Below, piece after piece: positions 9,328 through 18,097 of a DNA stretch of 60,357 nucleotides. Within the stretch, counting starts at the first letter, position 1, and the number at the start of each line of letters is the position of its first letter. The translations under genes and the position numbers were made by a program. The notes beneath the pieces are model-generated. The model did not search any database, was not told where the DNA came from, and saw nothing but the letters and a program-made list of their open reading frames with translations. This DNA comes from an uncultured Candidatus Marinamargulisbacteria bacterium (GTDB lineage: Bacteria; Margulisbacteria; Riflemargulisbacteria; GWF2-35-9). The DNA lies in contig CAIWAN010000083.1 of NCBI GenBank assembly GCA_903910705.1, forward strand, positions 1-60,357, read 5' to 3'.

Positions 9328-10307
9328 TGAAGAAGCTATGGGTTTTAATTATGATTATGTGCTTGGCAACATTCGGCTTTTCGGTGGAGAAACGCAACGC
9401 CATGGCTACCTTAACCTTTTATTTGGGACAAGTCTTCTTTAAGGTCAATGACATGGGGGATTTCCTGCCAGTCAAGAAGGGGATGACCTTTTACGAAGGG
9501 GATGTCTTGAAAACGCAAGAAGATGGAAAAGCCGAGATATTTTTCTATACGGGTTCGAAGACCCGTATCGCTAACGGAACCGAGATCATTTTTAAAACGG
9601 ATGTAAAAACGAAATCAAAAAGTATTTTCATCAATGTTGGACAAATATGGAACCAAATCCGCAAAGGCGATAAATTTGAAGTCGAGTCAATTCATGGTGT
9701 TGCGTCGGTAAAAGGTACTGAATTTGATATTGCCAATGATGATGATGGCATGAATCTTTGGGTGGTTGAAGGCTTGGTCAACATCAAAAACGAAAAGGGG
9801 GAGATTCTGGCTGAACGAAATACCCGAACCAACCTTAGAAAAGGATTCTCTCCCGACAAAAAAGGCATCGATCGTAATGAGCTTCCCCATTGGCAAAACA
9901 ATTTCTCAGCCGAGGCGATCTTGACCCTCAGTGCCCCTGGCCAAAAACAAGAGAACAAGCCGTTCAAGGTCAATATCACGCTTAAAGATCCCAAAACAGA
10001 CCGATTCTTTATGGATGAAATGGTTCTCTCGATCAAATCCCTTTCTCGAGGGATGGACATTGCCTCCACGAAAGAGAGTGAACAGTATTCACAGGCGATT
10101 GAAGTCAATATCGTCGATGGTAAAGCTGATCTTTGGGTCAAAGGTCAAGCCGGCGACCATGAGCTTAACTTCACTGGCCGAAAGATCACGGGGCTGAACT
10201 TGCCCATCAAAATTGACCCGCTTCCCACTCAACGAACCGTCGAACTACGTTTTACGGGTAAAGATCTTAAAGAACATCAGATCGATATGAAGTATAAATT
10301 AAAATAA
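9327..10307 (+). CDS. FecR-domain protein (secreted)
   Basis: Has a signal peptide. The FecR-like core is 'GDVLKTQEDGKAEIFFYTGSKTRIANGTEIIF ... VASVKGTEFDI'. Its start overlaps the upstream stop (TAATG). Confidence 0.65.
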   Translation: MKKLWVLIMIMCLATFGFSVEKRNAMATLTFYLGQVFFKVNDMGDFLPVKKGMTFYEGDVLKTQEDGKAEIFFYTGSKTRIANGTEIIFKTDVKTKSKSIFINVGQIWNQIRKGDKFEVESIHGVASVKGTEFDIANDDDGMNLWVVEGLVNIKNEKGEILAERNTRTNLRKGFSPDKKGIDRNELPHWQNNFSAEAILTLSAPGQKQENKPFKVNITLKDPKTDRFFMDEMVLSIKSLSRGMDIASTKESEQYSQAIEVNIVDGKADLWVKGQAGDHELNFTGRKITGLNLPIKIDPLPTQRTVELRFTGKDLKEHQIDMKYKLK

Positions 10308-12646
10308 TGATAAAACGACTTCTTCTCATTTCAATTTTATTATCCAATGTGCTCCATGCCTCACAGCTGTTGCACACACGATACGAGTCTATTATCAAAG
10401 GTCAGCCCTTGCTCTTTAACCTCGAACTTCGTGATGTGAATTTACCCTCGGTTGATTCGGTGGAGTTGTTCTATAAAGGTGACGTCGACGGCGGATATAC
10501 CAAGGTCAACATGACCGCCACGGCGTTGGGTGCCTATCTTTCGAATATCACCCCCGTTCTAAATGATGCCACGCAATTCCAGTATTATTTCTCCGTTCGG
10601 ATGAGCGATGGAAACACTTTAACCTTACCCGAAATCTTCCCCGAGGAAAACTCTTTTATTGCGGATGTAAAAAAGAGCGAATCCGATCCGGGGATTCGGC
10701 TTCTTAATCCTATCAACAAAGGAATTATCAACGATCCACAACCGGTTTTCCTCATTTCCTTTGAAGACTCGTATGACATTCTTGATCTCAACACGATCGC
10801 CCTCAAAATCGACGGGGTGGACGTTTCCAAAGATGCGCAGATCGTGAATCACTTTGTTAGCTATATTCCAGCTACCCCCTTATCCGAAGCCAATCATACG
10901 ATCGAGTTCCATGTTAAGGACAAGAACGGTCAAACCCATACGATCCTCTCTACTTTTCTTTATCAAGCCAAACAGCCCAGTCTAGTCGAGTGGAAAGGGA
11001 ACGAGTCCGTTCTCATCGATCTTTATGGAAGCGATGTCAGCCCCAACACTCGGACAGGCAGTCGGATGAGGAACATTCTTGAGATGAATATGAAAAGTGG
11101 CTTCGTCAATGCTGACATCTATGATTATCGAACCTCGGAAGAATCAGCCGCCTTGCAACACCAAAATCGAACGCGACTTGTGTTATATGATGATAATAAT
11201 ATTGTTCGCGTCTTCCTAAAAGATCAATCGCCGGTTTATTCATATTATGGCCTTAACGGCGTTAATATCGACGGGACAGGGGTTCAGTTTAATTGGCCCA
11301 ATGTCCTACAGGCTAATATGGTGCAAGGGGAGACAGCCCGTGCCATATTAGGCGACTCCAATCCCAGTGCAAATAAGAATGGCACCTTTGCTCAAAAAGT
11401 CTTTGCTTGGCAAGTCGCTTCAAAAACAGGGGGATGGGATAACTCCCTGTCCTACGTTAGCTTCAAAGATGACAAAGACTCCTTGCCTCTCACCTCAAAT
11501 TGGGGTACCAGTTTGCCTCAAGAAAACAGGGTTCTCGGCTGGCAGAGCAAACTCAATCTATCCGAAGATCAGTCTACTTATTTAAAATCTGAGTTGGCTG
11601 GATCGGTTTACTATCCAGACATCTCAACGGGCGAAATGACAACCGTTCCGACTGAAGCCAAGAAAGTTATTCCCGAATTCATTTTGAATGCGATCCCCAT
11701 TCGTGCAGGGATGTCCGCGGGTGCAGCGGGTATGATCGAATACCAGACGCCTTTCGTTTTCAAAGAGCTGCTCGTAAAGACCTATGGGAATTTTGCGTTG
11801 CCAGGCTTTAAATCACTGGGGAACACGAGCATCAAAACCGATGATTTAGCGGGGGGGGCTCAATTTAAATTAAATTTACTGCGTGGAGCGATGTCCTTTT
11901 CAGGCGCTTATCAAAAAAATCGAGATAAGCTCATGAATATTTTTGACCCGAATTCCGTCGGCGGCTTTATTACCTACGGCGATGACTACAAGGCCAATAT
12001 CAATATGGACGTGTTCGGTCTTGCTTATTTTGGGTATAACTATAATTTCAATTCCAAACTGAATGATGCGACAGACAATGTTGCCTTGATCGACAATCAA
12101 ACTAGAACCGATCTATTCTCCTTTAACAATATTCGTTTAGATTGGGAAAAGTTTAGTGGGAAGCTTAACACCAATTACAGTGTCATTAATTATAGCGATG
12201 GCGTCAGCCATCAAAACAACTTCACTCAAACGGGGCTAGGTTTTGCTGTAGACACCGAATTCACGCCCATTAAAGCAAAGTTCAGTTTCTCGAATGCCAA
12301 TAAGGAGGCAAAAGGAAATACACCCAACACAACCATATACACGGGCTATGGGGTTCGGTTGGACTACGAATATATCCCTAAGATATTATCAACGTATGGC
12401 AGTCTGGCCCTTCAACTGGGACTCAATAATGGCAATGATCTAGATGCACGGTTGGATACGAACAAAACAACCCTTGGATTAGGGCTTCTTTATCGTTACC
12501 CTTCAAAGGTAGGGATTTTTGTGGATACAAAGATGTATGTTGATGTCACGATCACCGCCGTCAGCGATCGACTCGCCGCTGCCTCCGACAAATCAAAGAA
12601 TTACTCCGAGCAAACACTTCTCTTTAAGTTAACCACAACGTTTTAA
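10307..12646 (+). CDS. large outer-membrane-type hypothetical protein (N-terminal Ig-like region, C-terminal barrel-like region)
   Basis: 779 aa with a signal peptide. The C-terminal half is rich in alternating aromatic/Gly/Asn strands. It ends in '...LFKLTTTF', the terminal-Phe signature of OMPs. TAATG coupling to the FecR gene. Confidence 0.55.
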   Translation: MIKRLLLISILLSNVLHASQLLHTRYESIIKGQPLLFNLELRDVNLPSVDSVELFYKGDVDGGYTKVNMTATALGAYLSNITPVLNDATQFQYYFSVRMSDGNTLTLPEIFPEENSFIADVKKSESDPGIRLLNPINKGIINDPQPVFLISFEDSYDILDLNTIALKIDGVDVSKDAQIVNHFVSYIPATPLSEANHTIEFHVKDKNGQTHTILSTFLYQAKQPSLVEWKGNESVLIDLYGSDVSPNTRTGSRMRNILEMNMKSGFVNADIYDYRTSEESAALQHQNRTRLVLYDDNNIVRVFLKDQSPVYSYYGLNGVNIDGTGVQFNWPNVLQANMVQGETARAILGDSNPSANKNGTFAQKVFAWQVASKTGGWDNSLSYVSFKDDKDSLPLTSNWGTSLPQENRVLGWQSKLNLSEDQSTYLKSELAGSVYYPDISTGEMTTVPTEAKKVIPEFILNAIPIRAGMSAGAAGMIEYQTPFVFKELLVKTYGNFALPGFKSLGNTSIKTDDLAGGAQFKLNLLRGAMSFSGAYQKNRDKLMNIFDPNSVGGFITYGDDYKANINMDVFGLAYFGYNYNFNSKLNDATDNVALIDNQTRTDLFSFNNIRLDWEKFSGKLNTNYSVINYSDGVSHQNNFTQTGLGFAVDTEFTPIKAKFSFSNANKEAKGNTPNTTIYTGYGVRLDYEYIPKILSTYGSLALQLGLNNGNDLDARLDTNKTTLGLGLLYRYPSKVGIFVDTKMYVDVTITAVSDRLAAASDKSKNYSEQTLLFKLTTTF

Positions 12647-12667
12647 TAATTAAATAAGAATTTTATG

Positions 12668-12743
12668 TGGTGATCTGGCTGGGATTCGAACCCAGGGCCA
12701 CGTGATTAAAAGTCAAGTGCTCTACCAACTGAGCTACCAGATC
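12668..12743 (-). tRNA. tRNA-Lys (anticodon UUU)
   Basis: The reverse complement folds as a cloverleaf: GATCTGG/CCAGATC acceptor, GCTC-AGTTGGTA-GAGC D arm, anticodon loop CTTTTAA, T arm CTGGG-TTCGAAT-CCCAG, encoded CCA. Confidence 0.9.
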
Positions 12744-12795
12744 AAAGAAAATTGTTCGTGCGTATTCTATCAAGAGGCTCTAGGTCAGTCAACTT

Positions 12796-13191
12796 CTAGT
12801 GTTGAAGGATTTTCAGGAAAGAAACGACCCCGACGCCTGCAACGCCGATCATCCCGAGTGTAATAAGCCACGCTAATGCCCGATGAATTTTCTTTAACCC
12901 CGTTAATCCCTTGGTTACCAAGAGCCCAATAAGCATAATTATCAATAGTGAAAAGAGGGCGATGAGCCCGAATTTTGCGTGATCGGAGTGGATGTGGGGG
13001 TAGTGATGTATCGTTTTGAGAACGAAGATAGCGAAAAACGCAAGAAGCATAGCAATAAATCCTGACACCCCAAATTTCTTGTGGTTGATAAACCAAGTGC
13101 CTTTCTTTTTGTGTGCAATAAATACCGCGGTTATGAGCAGGATCAGTCCTGTTAACATGAGTAATCCATGAAGGGGAAGTAGTAATTGCAT
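12796..13191 (-). CDS. small integral membrane protein (4 predicted TM helices, His-rich loop)
   Basis: 131 aa with four hydrophobic segments and the loop 'HHYPHIHSDH'. Preferred over the overlapping 12785..13096 frame, which has no hydrophobic periodicity. Confidence 0.55.
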   Translation of the reverse strand: MQLLLPLHGLLMLTGLILLITAVFIAHKKKGTWFINHKKFGVSGFIAMLLAFFAIFVLKTIHHYPHIHSDHAKFGLIALFSLLIIMLIGLLVTKGLTGLKKIHRALAWLITLGMIGVAGVGVVSFLKILQH

Positions 13192-13243
13192 AAATGCCTC
13201 CTAAAATTGGTTTCTAAGTCTATATAACCACCATGAATGACCT

Positions 13244-13272
13244 TTGTCAAAAAGGATGTATTCCGTTAGAGT
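13244..13272 (+). promoter_or_regulatory. sigma70-like promoter TTGTCA-17 nt-TAGAGT just upstream of the glutaredoxin gene
   Basis: TTGTCA at 13244..13249 and TAGAGT at 13267..13272. The -10 box ends 6 nt before the ATG at 13279, and no Shine-Dalgarno is visible. Confidence 0.3.
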
Positions 13273-13278
13273 ATCCTT

Positions 13279-13518
13279 ATGACCCACGCTATTCTCTATA
13301 CAATGGACAATTGCCCTTATTGTGAACGCGCAAAAAGGCTATTAGAAGCAAGGCAAATTGACACCACTATCATTGATATTTCCGGTGATTATGACGAGAT
13401 CAACCGCCTGTCAAACCGAACGGGGATGCATACATTGCCGCAGATATGGGTTGATGATGTCTTCGTTGGGGGTTGCGATGATTTGATTCGACTAGATTCA
13501 GCAGGAAAACTAAGGTAA
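13279..13518 (+). CDS. glutaredoxin
   Basis: 79 aa with the 'CPYC' active site, then 'TLPQIWVDDVFVGGCDDL', typical of Grx. Confidence 0.9.
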   Translation: MTHAILYTMDNCPYCERAKRLLEARQIDTTIIDISGDYDEINRLSNRTGMHTLPQIWVDDVFVGGCDDLIRLDSAGKLR

Positions 13519-13527
13519 AATATTAAA

Positions 13528-15585
13528 ATGAAACAATTGATCGCGATTCTTCTCGGATTACTCATTCTCATTATTATTGTTTTGGGCGTCTTTTTGTGGT
13601 GGTTTAAGCCGGCTCCGCTTAAGTTGGGGCCGCCGGTTCCCGTTATTGTTTCGATCAATGGGATTAGCCCCAATATCGAAGTCATAGAGCTTGAAGCCCG
13701 ATTAGACAAGATCCTTGTTACCGCTAATATCAGCACGAAAGAGCGTAAAACCACGATCATGCTACCTGTCGGCGGGCATTATCTTCTAACCGCCAATGGG
13801 ATCAAAAACAACAAGACCGTCCAGTCTCAATCCATTCTTATCAGTGTCACATCTGCCAATCAAGTCATCCGGCTCTATTTTGATGACTGGTCAATGTCAG
13901 GCATGCTTTCGGTGAATGGTCGCGACATTCGAACAGGCCAACATGCCAAGATCAATCTTCGGGGGTACGGTCTGCCAAACGCTGTCTATAATGAAATGAA
14001 CCCTGCTGCACTTACCGGCTCTGACTACGAGATCACGTCGGCTGATTATAAAGCGATCAAGGATTCGGGGGCCAATGTCGCTCGATTCTATTTGCAATAT
14101 TATTGGATGAGTCCCCAAAATGAACAGTCACTTTACGCTTATCTCGACAAACAGATCGCCGCCGCTCGTCGTCAGGGCATCTATCTCATCTTGAACCTGC
14201 ATTTCTTTGGCCACTCCCAAGATGTAGCCAAAAAGCATGAAGATGGTTTTTTCCAAGGTGATATAGCAGGGAAGGGCTATGATCTGGTTAGTTTTTGGGA
14301 TCGCCTATCGAAGCGCTATCACTATGAGTCCATTATTGCGGGCTATGATCTGATCAATGAGCCCAACTGCGCTGAGGGATACTTAGAGCCCCTGCTTTAT
14401 GACGAATATGAAAAGATCATCAATGTTATTCGAGCCAATGGGGATCAGCACATGATCTTTTTATCAGATCCTGTCCAGAAATTTACTAATCCAAACGGCC
14501 AAACGTATTTTCCGGGTGCTCCCTTTAAAAAGCTGAAAGATAGCAATATCGTTTATGAATACCATTTGTATCAGCCCATTGAGTTTACGCATCAAGGGTT
14601 CTTCGAGTCCTCATATTTTGAAAGAGGAACGACATATCCCTACTTAAAGTCCGAGGCAACCTACAAAGGGGGCTTTTACAATAATCCTTCGTGGAAAGAT
14701 ACCCTCAATGGGGACTGGCAAGCCTACAAAGGCGCATGGGTCGATATCGAGAAGCAGGCAAACTGCACTATTGATTTTCAAACCGATCGGTTTAACATTA
14801 ATTTATCAGCGGCAAAAACCATTGGCAAAGTTTGGTTCGACGACATAATCCTCGAAGAAAAAGATAAAGCCTCCGGAACGATCCGTCGCTTGAACATCAA
14901 TAATCCCTCCATTACCTTCCCAAAAGACTATTGGGGCTGGCAAAAAGATCCCTTTCCTTCGTCATCAACTTCTGGGTGGTATGGTCTGGCAAACCCTGAA
15001 AGTGAAGCGGTCGTTTTTGCATGGGATCGATCACAGGATCACACCGGAAATGGGGGCGGCGCCTTATTGATCGATGGTACCAGTGCAAAGTGGAGCAAGA
15101 CGAATGCATGGGCTCGATGGGCGCAAGATGGCGGCGCACGGACGATGTTCTATCCGATCGAACGCGGCAAACTATATCGGGTTAGAGCTTGGGTTAAAAT
15201 TAATGGTGACAATGATTATCATACCAATCTTGCGTTCAGTATCAGCAAGGTCAAAGAGACCATGATCAATAAACAATATTTGGCCTCGTTTATTAAGAAT
15301 TACTATGAATCATGGGCTCAGACCAACAATGTTCCTTTGTTTATGGGCGAGTTCGGCGTCACGAATCCTTCTCGGCTTAATATTAAGGGTGTACCCGCTA
15401 TGAAAAGTGACGATCAAGTCGTTTGGCTATCGGATGTACTGGAGATCGTCAACCAAGGTTATACCAAAAATTGGTGCTTTCATGCCTATAAAAGTTATGC
15501 CCTTCGGGGTGATTTGTTCGGCCTTTTTGACAAAGAAGGCCCCGACACAACCTTGCAAAAGGTTATTCAAAAAGGATTACAATAA
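13528..15585 (+). CDS. membrane-anchored glycoside hydrolase family 5 protein with a large internal insertion
   Basis: N-terminal TM anchor. GH5 acid/base motif 'DLINEPN', 'YEYHLY', and nucleophile motif 'LFMGEFGV'. About 330 aa separate the two Glu. The inserted region, 'GWYGLANPES...LLIDGTSAKW...YRVRAWVKING', looks like a carbohydrate-binding jelly-roll. Confidence 0.7.
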   Translation: MKQLIAILLGLLILIIIVLGVFLWWFKPAPLKLGPPVPVIVSINGISPNIEVIELEARLDKILVTANISTKERKTTIMLPVGGHYLLTANGIKNNKTVQSQSILISVTSANQVIRLYFDDWSMSGMLSVNGRDIRTGQHAKINLRGYGLPNAVYNEMNPAALTGSDYEITSADYKAIKDSGANVARFYLQYYWMSPQNEQSLYAYLDKQIAAARRQGIYLILNLHFFGHSQDVAKKHEDGFFQGDIAGKGYDLVSFWDRLSKRYHYESIIAGYDLINEPNCAEGYLEPLLYDEYEKIINVIRANGDQHMIFLSDPVQKFTNPNGQTYFPGAPFKKLKDSNIVYEYHLYQPIEFTHQGFFESSYFERGTTYPYLKSEATYKGGFYNNPSWKDTLNGDWQAYKGAWVDIEKQANCTIDFQTDRFNINLSAAKTIGKVWFDDIILEEKDKASGTIRRLNINNPSITFPKDYWGWQKDPFPSSSTSGWYGLANPESEAVVFAWDRSQDHTGNGGGALLIDGTSAKWSKTNAWARWAQDGGARTMFYPIERGKLYRVRAWVKINGDNDYHTNLAFSISKVKETMINKQYLASFIKNYYESWAQTNNVPLFMGEFGVTNPSRLNIKGVPAMKSDDQVVWLSDVLEIVNQGYTKNWCFHAYKSYALRGDLFGLFDKEGPDTTLQKVIQKGLQ

Positions 15586-15586
15586 A

Positions 15587-16384
15587 TTAGTCGTTGAAAC
15601 GTGCAGAGCTTAAGGCGCTGTGGCAACTGCATGAAAAGTCAGTATCTAGCTTGGCGATCATGTCGAAAAGTAGATTTTTAACTTTATCAAGATTTCCGTT
15701 AAATGTGTCCATGATCTCGCCCACGGTGGAATGGGCAACTTGGCCTTCCAAACCACAGTCATAATCGGTGATCAAGGAAATATTGATGTAGCACATCTCT
15801 AGCTCTCTGGCCAAAATACCTTCGGGATAGTTGGTCATATTGATAACTTCCCAGCCCATTTTTGAATACCAGAGGGATTCGGCTTTTGATGAAAATCGAG
15901 GCCCATTGATCACGACAATGGTGCCGGCCTCATGCGCATTTATCTTGAGACGCTTAGCCGAGTCGATGGCCATTTTTCGTAGGGTGGGGCAAAAGGGATT
16001 CGCCGCTGACACATGCGTCGTCGTGGGTCCATTATAGAAGGTGTCCTTGCGGCCCTTTGTCCGGTCTACAAATTGGTCACAGAAAACAAAATCACCGGGT
16101 TTTACATGTTTTTGAAGAGAGCCTGCTGCACAGGGGCCAAAAATATATCTAACCCCGATCTCTTTCATAGCCCACAGATTGGCACGGTAGTTGATCTCAT
16201 GCGGGGGATAGCTATGGTCGACGCCATGACGAGGCATAAAGGCGACTCGCTTCCCGTTGATCGTTGCCAAGAAAACAGCACTGCTTGGACGTCCATACGG
16301 CGTGTCGACTTTTAACTCAGAAATATCATCGCCGAATTTATAGAAACCACTGCCACCGAAAACGCCGATCTGAGCGATGTCCAT
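15587..16384 (-). CDS. mtnP: S-methyl-5'-thioadenosine phosphorylase
   Basis: 'IGVFGGSGFY', 'PYGRPS', 'FMPRHGVDHSYPPHEINYRANLWA' and 'VINMTNYPE' match the MTAP/PNP family. Confidence 0.9.
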   Translation of the reverse strand: MDIAQIGVFGGSGFYKFGDDISELKVDTPYGRPSSAVFLATINGKRVAFMPRHGVDHSYPPHEINYRANLWAMKEIGVRYIFGPCAAGSLQKHVKPGDFVFCDQFVDRTKGRKDTFYNGPTTTHVSAANPFCPTLRKMAIDSAKRLKINAHEAGTIVVINGPRFSSKAESLWYSKMGWEVINMTNYPEGILARELEMCYINISLITDYDCGLEGQVAHSTVGEIMDTFNGNLDKVKNLLFDMIAKLDTDFSCSCHSALSSARFND

Positions 16385-17787
16385 TAGGTCCCTCTTTCGT
16401 TCATTTTTTTAATAGTATGCGTTGTCGAAAATCCGTTTACAAAGGGGATTAGGACAACCTCTTTGGCAAACTCACGACCCACCACATCGGTAACGACATA
16501 ATCGCCGCCTTTGACAAGGATATCAGGACGAATGGCCGACAATAGCTCGTAAGGGGTATCTTCGTTGAAAATGACAACATGATCGATCGATTCGAGGGCA
16601 GCCATCACTTCAGCCCGATCGAGCTCTTGATTGACAGGGCGAGTGGGGCCTTTTAATCGGCGGACAGACTCATCACTATTCAGACCAACAATAAGGACAT
16701 CCCCAAGGGCGCGAGCCTCTTTTAAATAGTGGACATGTCCGCGGTGGAGGATATCGAAACAGCCGTTTGTAAAAATGATCTTTTTGCCCTGAGAGCGATA
16801 AGCATCCAGTTCCAACAAAAGCAGGTCGAGCGGCAACACTTTGTCGTCCGACGCATGAAGCGCTCGTTGAAGCTCTCCATAGCCGATAGGGGTAGTTCCG
16901 AGTTTGCTGACCACAATTCCCGCTGCCACATTGGCCACATGAATGGATTCATCTAGCGATTGCCCTTGAACCATGGCCCATGCCAAGGTCGCGATGACCG
17001 TGTCTCCCGCACCCGAAACATCAAATACTTCTCTAGCACGTGTTGGGAAATGCTTCGCTCTGTTTCGGGAAATAAGGCTCATGCCTTTTTCGGATCGAGT
17101 GACTAATAGGAATTCGATATTGAACTGTTTAAGGATCATTTGACCGGCTTGCTCGATCTCGTTATCGGTATTGGCCACAGGTCGCCCCAACAGCTCTTGA
17201 ACTTCCTTTAGGTTAGGGGTAACCATATAGGCCCCATTATATTTACTCCAATCATTCCCTTTGGGATCGACATAAACAGGAATATTCGCATCATTGGCCA
17301 ATTGGACAAGGTGCCGACAGAAATCGCCAGCGAGCATGCCCTTGTTATAGTCAGATAAAATGACGGCACTATAGGCACCCATATCGCCAATAACATCAAT
17401 AAACTGAGACTGTTGATTGGCCGTAAGCACTTGGCGTTCTTCAAAATCGAGACGGGTAATTTGTTGATGCTCCCCGATAACCCTGATCTTGGTGGTTGTT
17501 GGGTTATGGGTTTCAAGGGTTCGTAATTCGATATGAGCGGCTTTGGAGAGACGCTTAAGTTCGGTTGCATAATGATCTTGGCCGATCAAACCCGCCAAGA
17601 CAACCCGTCCATTGAGAGTTGAAATATTAGAAGCCACATTCGCCGAGCCACCAAGGGTTGATTCAATATTTTTAACATTGACGACGGGGACGGGGGCTTC
17701 GGGGGATATACGTGAAACGTTGCCTTTGAAGTATTGGTCGAGCATAATATCGCCGACAACAAGAATGGGGCGTACACTCGTTTTCAT
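16384..17787 (-). CDS. hldE: bifunctional D-beta-D-heptose 7-phosphate kinase / D-beta-D-heptose 1-phosphate adenylyltransferase
   Basis: N-terminal ribokinase-like domain ('ILVVGDIMLDQY', 'DVSGAGDTV'). C-terminal cytidylyltransferase domain ('FTNGCFDILHRGHVHYL'). Start trimmed to the Met of 'MKTSVRPILVVGD'. The stop overlaps the mtnP start (TAATG). Confidence 0.9.
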   Translation of the reverse strand: MKTSVRPILVVGDIMLDQYFKGNVSRISPEAPVPVVNVKNIESTLGGSANVASNISTLNGRVVLAGLIGQDHYATELKRLSKAAHIELRTLETHNPTTTKIRVIGEHQQITRLDFEERQVLTANQQSQFIDVIGDMGAYSAVILSDYNKGMLAGDFCRHLVQLANDANIPVYVDPKGNDWSKYNGAYMVTPNLKEVQELLGRPVANTDNEIEQAGQMILKQFNIEFLLVTRSEKGMSLISRNRAKHFPTRAREVFDVSGAGDTVIATLAWAMVQGQSLDESIHVANVAAGIVVSKLGTTPIGYGELQRALHASDDKVLPLDLLLLELDAYRSQGKKIIFTNGCFDILHRGHVHYLKEARALGDVLIVGLNSDESVRRLKGPTRPVNQELDRAEVMAALESIDHVVIFNEDTPYELLSAIRPDILVKGGDYVVTDVVGREFAKEVVLIPFVNGFSTTHTIKKMNERGT

Positions 17788-17851
17788 GCAAATATTATCG
17801 GTGTTTTTATAACGATTGACAAGCATCATCGTGACTTCTAAAATTAGCGCC

Positions 17852-18088
17852 ATGCCCGTCTATCATTATCGTTGCGAATCCTGTAAACACGAGTTTAACG
17901 CCACACAAAAGATGATGGACGAACCACTCAAAGAATGTCAGGTTTGCAAAGGCCCGATACACCGTTTGATCTCTGGAGGCGTCGGAATTTCGTTTAAAGG
18001 CGATGGATTCCACATCAACGACTACTCGGGGAAGGGTGCATCTACAACCCCAACGACATCACCTGCTTCTTCTGAATCCAAGAAATAG
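17852..18088 (+). CDS. FmdB-family zinc-ribbon protein
   Basis: 'MPVYHYRCESCKHEF...CQVCKG' has the CxxC...CxxC zinc ribbon, followed by a Ser/Thr/Pro-rich tail. Start trimmed from 17816 to the ATG at 17852. Confidence 0.8.
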   Translation: MPVYHYRCESCKHEFNATQKMMDEPLKECQVCKGPIHRLISGGVGISFKGDGFHINDYSGKGASTTPTTSPASSESKK

Positions 18089-18097
18089 GGGGGACTT

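Noticed and set aside
12785-13096. 103-aa ORF overlapping the 131-aa membrane-protein ORF on the same strand.
   Set aside because: The 12796..13191 frame gives four clean hydrophobic helices. This frame gives an Arg-rich sequence with no features.
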